From NCBI RefSeq assembly GCF_042688385.1, contig NZ_JBHUPY010000007.1:2110-66109 (forward strand): a stretch of DNA of 64,000 nucleotides, given 5' to 3'. The position numbers and the translations under genes were made by a program. A model generated the notes under the pieces. It did not search any database and was not told the origin of the DNA. It was given only the letters and a program-made list of their open reading frames with translations. Positions 9,772 through 17,340 of the stretch are shown in pieces. The DNA is from Herpetosiphon sp. NSE202. Lineage in GTDB: Bacteria > Chloroflexota > Chloroflexia > Chloroflexales > Herpetosiphonaceae. Numbering within the stretch: position 1 is the first letter of the stretch; the number at the start of each line of letters is the position of its first letter.

Positions 9772-11244
9772 ATGTTAGAACTTACTTTTGATGCTGATGC
9801 ACGGGCTTTATATGCCTACTTTACCGATATTAACGAAGGCGATGACGCGAGCCAGCTGGAAATTCCAGGGGTCTTTTTATTAGATGCCGCTGGGCAGATC
9901 GTTGGCGTGCAGTTGCAATTGGCTTCAGCACCGAAAAAAAGCTTTTTGCAATATGCCCAAGGCTTCGAAGAGCTACACTACAACGAAGAGAATCGCCAAT
10001 TAACCCTGAGCTTCGGCCAGCACGAAGTCGTCACCAGCGAGGAACTGCCCTACGAGGCGATTGTTGATCTCGATCGCAAAGGCCGCGCCTTGGGCATCGA
10101 AATCCAGGCGATGATTGAGTTTGGCATCAACGATCGGCTTGAAGCGCTGAACCCATGGTTGGTTGCTTTCGACGAAGATGGCGACGCTGAGTTCGACGAC
10201 GACGATGAATCTGACGACGAGCAACCAGAAGTCAAGGCTGCGCCACAGGCCGCTGCCGAGGTTGACGACGAGGACGAAGATGGGCCGGTTGTGCATCAAC
10301 TGCCAGTCAAACTCAACCCAAATTTACCCAAGCCCTTGCTGCCAACCGATCATGAAGTCCACAGTGGGTTCGTGGCCTTGGTCGGCAAGCCCAACGTCGG
10401 CAAATCGACCTTGTTGAATGCCTATCTTGGCCAAAAAGTCTCGATTGTTTCGCCGAAACCGCAAACAACGCGCGTGCCAGTGCGTGGCATTCTCAACGGC
10501 CCCGATGCCCAGATTATTTTCGTCGACACGCCAGGGATTCACAAACCACGGCATAAGCTTGGCAATTTTATGGTCGATGTGGCCAAAAAGGCAGTGCCAA
10601 ACGCCGATGTGATCTGCTTTATGGTCGATATTACTGTGCCACCCAACCGCATGGATCGCGAAATTGCCCAAATGGTTTTGCTTTCGCGCAAGCCCCATAT
10701 TTTGGTGCTCAACAAAGTCGATGCCACTGACGAGGCCGATAAGCATTTGCAAGAATATCGCGACCTTGCGCCATGGGAAATGGAAGTTGCCGTTTCGGCC
10801 CGCGATAAGCTTGGCATGGAAACCTTGCTCGAAGAAATCGTCAAGCGCTTGCCCGTTGGCCATCGCCTCTACCCAGAAGATCAACTTTCCGATGTTTCCG
10901 AGCGCACCTTGGTCGCCGAGATGATTCGCGAAAAGGTTATGCTCAACACCGAGGAAGAAATTCCGCACTCGGTCGCGGTCGAAGTTGAAGAATGGGAAGA
11001 TCGCGGCAAGGTGATTTACATTCGTGCCAACATTTCAGTCGAAAAAGATTCGCAAAAAGGCATCATCATTGGGGCCGGTGGCTCGATGCTACGCAAAATT
11101 GGCGCAACTTCACGCTTTGAAATCGAGCGCTCAATTGGTCGCCAAATCTATCTCGATCTGTGGATCAAGGTACGTGAAAATTGGCGACAAAAGCCCAATG
11201 AGCTGCGATGGCTCGGCTATGACGTAAAGTACTATAGGGATTAA
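9772..11244 (+). CDS. era: GTPase Era (G-domain plus C-terminal KH) fused to an N-terminal extension of about 190 aa: two DUF2283-like units and a poly-Asp/Glu linker
   Basis: The Era part has FVALVGKPNVGKSTLLN (G1), DTPG (G3), NKVD (G4) and a C-terminal KH domain. The N-terminus MLELTFDADARALYAYF...IPGVFLLDAAGQIVGVQL matches the DUF2283 consensus (xDxEADALYIxx..PGVxLDxDxxGxIVGIEI). The single ORF has no stop between the parts. Confidence 0.85.
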   Translation: MLELTFDADARALYAYFTDINEGDDASQLEIPGVFLLDAAGQIVGVQLQLASAPKKSFLQYAQGFEELHYNEENRQLTLSFGQHEVVTSEELPYEAIVDLDRKGRALGIEIQAMIEFGINDRLEALNPWLVAFDEDGDAEFDDDDESDDEQPEVKAAPQAAAEVDDEDEDGPVVHQLPVKLNPNLPKPLLPTDHEVHSGFVALVGKPNVGKSTLLNAYLGQKVSIVSPKPQTTRVPVRGILNGPDAQIIFVDTPGIHKPRHKLGNFMVDVAKKAVPNADVICFMVDITVPPNRMDREIAQMVLLSRKPHILVLNKVDATDEADKHLQEYRDLAPWEMEVAVSARDKLGMETLLEEIVKRLPVGHRLYPEDQLSDVSERTLVAEMIREKVMLNTEEEIPHSVAVEVEEWEDRGKVIYIRANISVEKDSQKGIIIGAGGSMLRKIGATSRFEIERSIGRQIYLDLWIKVRENWRQKPNELRWLGYDVKYYRD

Positions 11245-11273
11245 CCCCAATAGGCTAACCCTTTATGGACAAA

Positions 11274-11300
11274 TGGCAGGGGATACGCATCCCCTGCCTT
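11274..11300 (+). terminator. Possible hairpin terminator after era
   Basis: ggcagggga-tacgca-tcccctgcc is a 9-bp GC-rich stem followed by a T-containing tract. Confidence 0.4.
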
Positions 11301-11358
11301 AGTGATTTTATGCCATACTACAGTGTGTGGTATTTTTTTGTAATCCATGAGGCGGCCT

Positions 11359-14232
11359 ATGCACGATGTTGAGCGAATCCGTCAGAAAATTATCAACCTC
11401 CAAGCCCGCCGCGCCCAAGAGAATGACCAAGATCTGATCGAAGCCCTCGATCAAATGATTGGCCAACATCAACAGCAACTCAGCCAGCTCGCCCAACAAG
11501 CCGCCGTCGTTGCCGAAACGCCAGCCCCTGCTGCAACTCAAGGCCAAATCTATGGTTCCAGCGTTATGACCAACCTTGGTCATGTTTGGATAAATCAGGT
11601 TTTTAATGCACCGCTGAGCACTGGCGAACGCACCGATCAATTAATTTTGCACTATTTGGCCCATATTCAGGGCAACGCCGATCGCTTGGTGCTGGGAACC
11701 GATGTGCAGGATAGCGATCAGGAGCGCATGTCGTTGCAGCGAGTTTTTACCATGCTGCAAGCTGATTTTTATGGGCCTATTGCTGGCGATGCCTTGTTGC
11801 AATCGTTGCTCTTGGGCAGCCCGCAGCCGCGTCCGCAACTGCAAGATTCAATTCTCAAGGCGCTGAACCAAATTCAACACCAAAAAGCTGTGATTTTGGG
11901 CGTGCCAGGCGGCGGCAAAACCACCGTGGTTTCGTATTTAGCCTCTGCCCAAGCGGCAGCCTTGCTCGATCCAGCCAAAGCTGAGTTTTTGCATAGCCAA
12001 GGTTGGATGCATACCAAACTTGTGCCAGTGCGCGTGCGGCTCAAACATGTGCAACCGCCAGCCAACCCAGAGCAACAAACCGCCGACGCATTTTGGGAAG
12101 TTGTGACCGAGCTGCAATTGGCTGGACGCTTCGGCCAGCGTTCGATCAACAGCGATGTTGGTTTTCAGCGCGTCGAGATCGAGCGCCAACAACGCCTGCA
12201 AGATGCAATTGAAGAATTGTTGATCAACGGCAATGGCTTGCTGCTGCTCGATGGCCTTGATGAAGTGCAGCCCGAACATCTGGCCGCAGTCAAGCGCTGC
12301 ATCGAACATGCTCAGCGTATGTTTCACAAAAGCAGGATTATCGTTACCTGTCGGGTTTTTGATTATGAACACCCGCTGCCGCCGCCGTTTCCCTCGCGCC
12401 AGCTCTACGATTGGCCAACAATTCAATTGATGCCGTTTGATCTGACGGCGCAGCACGTCTATATCACCAATTACTATAGCGAATTGGGCCGCTTGCATGC
12501 CTCGCACGCCGATATTGTGAGCATTCGCAAAAAACACGCCAAACTGCACGCCGAATTGATGAAATCGGGGATGTTACATGAACTGACCCGCACGCCCTTG
12601 TTGCTGGCGTTGACCGTCCATGTCAATATGGTGCATACCGATTTACCGGAGAGCGAAGGCAAATTATTGCACATTTGTATCGACGAATTGCTCAAACGCC
12701 GCGCGCCCGAAGCAATTGCCGTTTCGCTCGAAGATCTGTACGATTTGGTGGCCTTGTTGGGCTATTATGCCCATAGCCAAGAGGAAATTCAGGGCAAAGC
12801 CTTGCTCAGCTTGCAGCAAATTAACACCGTCGTGCAGCGCTATTACAGCGATCGCTACCCGCATCCTAATCAAATTCATATGCTCTCGCAGGCAGTGGGC
12901 AATGCAACCTTGCGGCTGATCAATAGCAATGGCTTGTTGCAAGAAGCCAGTAACAATCAACAAGATAATCCGCATTATGATTTTGCCCATCGCTTGTTTC
13001 AGCAATTTTTGGCTGGCATGTATTTGCTCAATCAAGAGCGCCACGATGAATGTATCGAACGCTCTGGCAGTGAGCATTGGCGGGTTTGCCTGCATTACAT
13101 GGCCAATTTTGCGCCCTACATTCAAAAGCAAAGCTTTATTTTTGGGGTCATTCAAGATTTGCTTGGTGGCATGCCCGACGAACAGGTGCAAGGCTCGCAT
13201 TTGCTCTTGGCGATTGGCAAGCCCAAAGTTGCCAGCGCAGGGCGACGCAATCTCTGGCAACAAGCGATTAATCATCTCAAAAATATTGGCGGCCTGAGCG
13301 GCAGCAGTCGCGGTGTGCGGCGTTGGGCACCACCACGAATTGCCTTCCCAACCCGTATGCGTGCGGCCATGGTGTTGGGCGCAATTGGCGATACGCGCTT
13401 TATCGGCGAAGATGGAGCCTTGATTGCGCTCACCGAGCGGGTTGTCTGCATTAATCCAGGCAGCGTGGAGATTGATGATCCGCATGCGCGGCCCCAAACT
13501 TACAGCGTTGAGCGTTTTTGGATGAGCCGCTATTTGCTGACCAACCTTGAATATAGCCAATTTATCGCGGCCCGTGGCTACTTGGATGATCAATGGTGGC
13601 AACACGATGATGCCCGCCACTGGCGACGCGGCGACCCTTCGTGGTTGCATGGGTTGCCGCCATGGGCCGCGCCACGGCGCTTGCCCGATTTATGGCATAA
13701 CGAACGCTTTAATAACCCAACTCAGCCAATCGTCGGCATCAATTGGTATGAAGCCAATGCCTTTTGTGCTTGGCTGACCCAACAACTGCGGCCCCAACTC
13801 GATGCGCTTGGCCAAAATTTAGTGGTACGCTTGCCAAGCGAGGCCGAATGGCAACTAGCGGCCAGCCAACAGAGCAACCGTGAATATCCATGGGGCGATG
13901 AATGGCGCAACGATCATGCCAACACCAGCGAAAGCGATCTTGAGCAACCAACGCCGGTTGGCATGTTTCCCTATGGCACGTGGAGCGATGGCCCAATGGA
14001 TTTAGCGGGCAATGTGTGCGAATGGACAAATAGCGTTAATCGCGACCCTGAGCTTGACCCGCAAATAACCCGCAATCGGCGCTTGCAACATCGCGATTTG
14101 GTAGTGGCGGTGCGTGGTGGCTCGTGGTTTCATAATCGCTATTTTGCCCGTTGCCGTTCGCGGCTGCATCATCGCCCATTTAGCCATGGCCCCAACATTG
14201 GCGTGCGCTTAATTATTGGCCACGCAGAATAA
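11359..14232 (+). CDS. STAND NTPase with an N-terminal coiled-coil/helical domain, a NACHT core and a C-terminal FGE-sulfatase (SUMF1-like) domain
   Basis: Walker A VILGVPGGGKTT is at about 11899-11925. Walker B is LLLLDGLDEV, followed by the sensor-1 motif IIVTCRVFDY (NACHT signature). The C-terminal roughly 300 aa (RFWMSRYLLTNLEY...VGINWYEANAFCAWL...RLPSEAEWQLAA...GNVCEWT..VRGGSWF) is typical of the FGE-sulfatase fold. The start is ATG 11359 or 11347. Confidence 0.85.
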   Translation: MHDVERIRQKIINLQARRAQENDQDLIEALDQMIGQHQQQLSQLAQQAAVVAETPAPAATQGQIYGSSVMTNLGHVWINQVFNAPLSTGERTDQLILHYLAHIQGNADRLVLGTDVQDSDQERMSLQRVFTMLQADFYGPIAGDALLQSLLLGSPQPRPQLQDSILKALNQIQHQKAVILGVPGGGKTTVVSYLASAQAAALLDPAKAEFLHSQGWMHTKLVPVRVRLKHVQPPANPEQQTADAFWEVVTELQLAGRFGQRSINSDVGFQRVEIERQQRLQDAIEELLINGNGLLLLDGLDEVQPEHLAAVKRCIEHAQRMFHKSRIIVTCRVFDYEHPLPPPFPSRQLYDWPTIQLMPFDLTAQHVYITNYYSELGRLHASHADIVSIRKKHAKLHAELMKSGMLHELTRTPLLLALTVHVNMVHTDLPESEGKLLHICIDELLKRRAPEAIAVSLEDLYDLVALLGYYAHSQEEIQGKALLSLQQINTVVQRYYSDRYPHPNQIHMLSQAVGNATLRLINSNGLLQEASNNQQDNPHYDFAHRLFQQFLAGMYLLNQERHDECIERSGSEHWRVCLHYMANFAPYIQKQSFIFGVIQDLLGGMPDEQVQGSHLLLAIGKPKVASAGRRNLWQQAINHLKNIGGLSGSSRGVRRWAPPRIAFPTRMRAAMVLGAIGDTRFIGEDGALIALTERVVCINPGSVEIDDPHARPQTYSVERFWMSRYLLTNLEYSQFIAARGYLDDQWWQHDDARHWRRGDPSWLHGLPPWAAPRRLPDLWHNERFNNPTQPIVGINWYEANAFCAWLTQQLRPQLDALGQNLVVRLPSEAEWQLAASQQSNREYPWGDEWRNDHANTSESDLEQPTPVGMFPYGTWSDGPMDLAGNVCEWTNSVNRDPELDPQITRNRRLQHRDLVVAVRGGSWFHNRYFARCRSRLHHRPFSHGPNIGVRLIIGHAE

Positions 14233-14240
14233 GGAGCTTT

Positions 14241-14855
14241 ATGATGCAACTTTCGATGTTAGAGCAAATGAGCACCCAAAGCTTATACGATTTACGCGAA
14301 CAGCACCGCAAAAATTTGAATATTTTGGCGCAGCAGGCAGGCCAATGGGGTGCTGGCAGCGTACCGCCCGAAACCCAAGCCCAAATTAGCCAAACCCAAG
14401 CCATGCTCGAACAAATTAATTTGGTACTTGGGCAGCGCGGGCATAGCAACCAAAGCGATCCAGCCCGTGGAGCCTCGTTGCAGGCTGTGCTTGAACATTA
14501 TCGCCAGCAAGCGCCAGTCCAGAATACGGGCACGGTCAATCTCAATAACAGCTCTGTTTACGGCGTGGTAACGGGAGTCAATACGGGCACGATTACGGTC
14601 AATCAACACACAGGCCAAACAGCTTCAAGCCTGCAACAAGCAGCTCAGCTGATCCAACATTTGTTGCCCATGGCCCGCAGCCAACGCAGCCCGTTTCGCC
14701 ATGCCCTGAGCGATGCAGAATTAACTATCGGTGATGCGCTGAGTGCGCAGCGTAATGGCAATGATCCCCAGCCATTGATTCAGCAGGCTCGCGCTGATTT
14801 ACAAGCGTTTGGCGACTATCCAGAGATTCAGCAAGTATTGGGGTTGTTGCGGTAG
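14241..14855 (+). CDS. Hypothetical 204-aa protein, translationally coupled to the NACHT gene; its N-terminal helix resembles the N-terminus of the NACHT protein
   Basis: AAGGAG at 14231-14236 overlaps the NACHT stop (TAA 14230-14232). LAQQAGQWGAGSVPPETQAQISQTQAMLEQINLV aligns with NACHT LAQQAAVVAETPAPAATQGQIYGSSVMTNLGHVWINQV. Confidence 0.6.
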   Translation: MMQLSMLEQMSTQSLYDLREQHRKNLNILAQQAGQWGAGSVPPETQAQISQTQAMLEQINLVLGQRGHSNQSDPARGASLQAVLEHYRQQAPVQNTGTVNLNNSSVYGVVTGVNTGTITVNQHTGQTASSLQQAAQLIQHLLPMARSQRSPFRHALSDAELTIGDALSAQRNGNDPQPLIQQARADLQAFGDYPEIQQVLGLLR

Positions 14856-14861
14856 TAGTTG

Positions 14862-15075
14862 GGGATCGGGGGCTGGGGGTTGGGGGCTGAGGCTGGGGAT
14901 CGGGGATTAGGGATCAGGAGTTTAACGCAGAGGCGCAGAGCCACGAAAGTATGAAGGATGAGGGATGAAGGATGAAATCAAAAGGCAGAAGGCAAAAGCT
15001 TTTTTAACCACGAAGAGCACGAAGACATAGGGTTATGGGCTGTTGCCTGTTGGCTATCGGAACATGATTCGGGCA
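14862..15075. repeat. Word-mosaic element (ggggatcgggg/ggggctgg, tttaacgcagaggcgcagag, ggatgagggatgaaggatgaa, cacgaag, ggctat)
   Basis: Modules are shared with the other copies, in inverted orientation. Confidence 0.7.
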
Positions 15076-15152
15076 ATTCGTGACATTCGTGGCTAAAAAT
15101 GTTCATGGCTTTTGGCTATGTGTACTTGTGCATTGGCTTGGCAACCGTGTTC

Positions 15153-15362
15153 CCTCACCCCCCAGCCCCTCTCCCACTGAACGCGGGCGAGGGGAGCGCT
15201 TGTGTTTTCGACTAAGAACAATAGGATTAGATGGAAACCAATTATTACCCCACTGGACGCGGGCGAGGGGGAGCACGCATTTGTACCACGCCGTGCGGCA
15301 GAACCACGGCATTAAAGCCCCTCGCCCGCCACGTGGGAGAGGGGTTGGGGTGAGGGGATCTT
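15153..15362. repeat. PE-family element with an internal triplication of the cgggcgaggggag arm
   Basis: ccctcaccccccagcccctctcccactgaacgcgggcgagggg ... cccctcgcccgccacgtgggagaggggttggggtgagggg. Confidence 0.8.
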
Positions 15363-15519
15363 CACAACCTATCCTTGTAAGGATCGGGGGTCAGGGGCTA
15401 GGAATCGGATACGGGTGTAATTCCCAACATCTTTGACAGCCCACTCATGCTTCCGATAGCCAAAAGCCTATAGCCTTGTCCTTCGCGATACCCGATCCCC
15501 AACAACCGATCCCCAATTA

Positions 15520-16236
15520 CTACTGACCCCGATCTTCGAAGATGGCGGTGCGCACACCAGCCCAGCGTTCGCGGATCATGCCTGCGAGGGTGCGCAAACC
15601 CCAGTGTTCAGCGCGTTTGATGCCGGTGCTAAATGCAGCGATATTATTGGCGCGGCAGCTTGCTTGGGACGATTCACGCAAAATTGGCGTGAGGAAGGCT
15701 TGAGCGCCGCGATTGGCGGCCTCTTGCACGAGCGTTGGCGTAATTTGATTAACAATCGCTACCTTACGGATCGACTGCACGTTATTTTCCCAAACCTCAT
15801 CAACCCCGCCATACATATCCATCACCAAGCGTCGCCATTCGGCAGGCGTTACAGGTTTAGGCAAATCGCCGACCATGCCTAAGGGACGGCCACTTTTATC
15901 GGCCATGGGCGAGCGCCCGCGCAACCCCAAGACCTCGGCCAAACGTGGCACAAAGCCAATCGTTAAGCGTTCGTCAAAGGGTGCGCCTGCATATAACACC
16001 CCACGAGTTGGTGGCACGGTATCACGATCGAGTTGTTGTGGGCGATGCAAAAAGATCGCATCGAGATCTTCGTGTTCGAGCCACGATGGCAAGGTTGGCC
16101 ATGGATCGAGCGCAAAGCCCATGCGGCGAATTGGCCGCACCGACGAAATATAGATCGTACCCCGTTCTTCACTTGGAAAGTACTCGGTCTCTAGAATGGT
16201 TTGCAAGAAGGTAGAAAGTTCAGCGAGGTTTGGCAT
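15520..16236 (-). CDS. Conserved hypothetical protein, tentatively NIF3-like
   Basis: ORF with MPNLAELSTFLQ..; ..LDAIFLHRP.. resembles the NIF3 'DLIIxHHP' region. Weak call; no canonical metal ligands identified. Confidence 0.35.
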   Translation of the reverse strand: MPNLAELSTFLQTILETEYFPSEERGTIYISSVRPIRRMGFALDPWPTLPSWLEHEDLDAIFLHRPQQLDRDTVPPTRGVLYAGAPFDERLTIGFVPRLAEVLGLRGRSPMADKSGRPLGMVGDLPKPVTPAEWRRLVMDMYGGVDEVWENNVQSIRKVAIVNQITPTLVQEAANRGAQAFLTPILRESSQASCRANNIAAFSTGIKRAEHWGLRTLAGMIRERWAGVRTAIFEDRGQ

Positions 16237-16253
16237 GATGCAGACTCCAAGTA

Positions 16254-16290
16254 ACAACAAAAGGAAGCCCGGAGGGCTTCCCTTCCGTAA
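16254..16290 (-). terminator. Rho-independent terminator for the minus-strand operon ending with the Trm112-like gene
   Basis: On the minus strand: ggaagggaagccctccgggcttcc followed by ttttgttgtt. Confidence 0.6.
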
Positions 16291-16310
16291 TAGGGTTCCA
16301 CGCTGGAAAA

Positions 16311-16670
16311 TTAGGCCCGAATCAGGCTGGTATCTTTGTGCTTTTCGCCTTCATCGATCAACATAATTGGAATCCCATCTTCAATTGGGTAGCGGTAGCC
16401 ATTCCGTGGATTGAGCAACCATTCTTTGCCATTGGCATCGCTGTACAATTCAACTGGCTTTTTATCGACTGGGCAAGCCAAAATTTCCAGCAACTCTGGG
16501 CTAATTGAACGTTTGGTGTTACCTGCGCTGACGGCAGTGGTGTTTGAAGCCAAATTGCTGACCGGAGCCAACTCAAATGCTTGATCAGCCTTATATTGTT
16601 TATAAACCCGATAAACCAAGGCCCCTGCACCAGCGATGATACCGAAGCGCAACAATTTACCAAATTTCAT
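16311..16670 (-). CDS. Trm112-like (UPF0434/DUF343) small protein with an N-terminal TM helix
   Basis: LLEILACPVDKKPV...IEDGIPIMLIDE is the Trm112p zinc-ribbon-like motif. It overlaps the trpF stop by 4 nt. Confidence 0.65.
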   Translation of the reverse strand: MKFGKLLRFGIIAGAGALVYRVYKQYKADQAFELAPVSNLASNTTAVSAGNTKRSISPELLEILACPVDKKPVELYSDANGKEWLLNPRNGYRYPIEDGIPIMLIDEGEKHKDTSLIRA

Positions 16671-17338
16671 GCATTCCTCCTAGCAACACGCAGCGCATTC
16701 AAGGCTTGCTGCGCGATTTTCACAAATTGAATTATTTTGTTGAGATCTTTGTTTCCAGCGGTTTCGATGCCGCTGCTCACATCAACGCCCCATGGTTCAA
16801 CTGCTTGAATCGCTTGGGCGACATTGGTTGGTTCAAGCCCACCAGCGAGCAATAATGGCGTTGTTTGAGCCAATCGCCGCGCTGCTTGCCAATCAGCTAA
16901 TACACCAGCCCCACCGTATGAGCCTGGCACATGGGCATCGACCACCAAGCGAATTCGCTGCTGGTCTTGGGCTATATCATACCATGCTTGCTCGCTGTTT
17001 TTATTGCTTAAACGCACAGCTTTCAGCAATGGCAGCTCAATGTGCTCGCTGATGGCAATTGGTTCATCGCCGCTCAGCTGCACCACATCGAGGCCAACTG
17101 CTTGAGCAATTGCTTGAATTTCACTTGCAGGCGCATTAGCAAATACGCCGACCAACCGACAATCAGTTGCGGTCGCGCGCACTGCTTGGGCAATTTCCTG
17201 CGCTAAACTCACCTCAATTTGGCGTTTGCTGGGCGCAAAGATCATGCCAATCAGGTCTGCGCCTGCCGAAGCCGCTGTAACAGCGGCCTCGACACTACGC
17301 ACACCACAGATTTTAATCGCCTGCTGCGGCCAACTCAC
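16667..17338 (-). CDS. trpF: N-(5'-phosphoribosyl)anthranilate isomerase
   Basis: IKICGVRS...GADLIGMIF...VQLSGDE...DVSSGIE are PRAI signature regions. Confidence 0.85.
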   Translation of the reverse strand: MSWPQQAIKICGVRSVEAAVTAASAGADLIGMIFAPSKRQIEVSLAQEIAQAVRATATDCRLVGVFANAPASEIQAIAQAVGLDVVQLSGDEPIAISEHIELPLLKAVRLSNKNSEQAWYDIAQDQQRIRLVVDAHVPGSYGGAGVLADWQAARRLAQTTPLLLAGGLEPTNVAQAIQAVEPWGVDVSSGIETAGNKDLNKIIQFVKIAQQALNALRVARRNA

Positions 17339-17340
17339 GC

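Noticed and set aside
12664-13650. Minus-strand ORF of 328 aa inside the NACHT-FGS gene
   Set aside because: It has no motifs. It lies antisense to a strongly supported CDS with conserved NACHT and FGE-sulfatase signatures. It is a shadow ORF.
15080-15436. ORFs lying inside repeat elements (also 31228..31455, 43517..43738, 19767..19958, 6841..7089)
   Set aside because: They lie entirely within PE or word-mosaic repeats, so the reading frames are open by chance. Translations such as SPHPNPSPVARARG are just the repeat read as protein.
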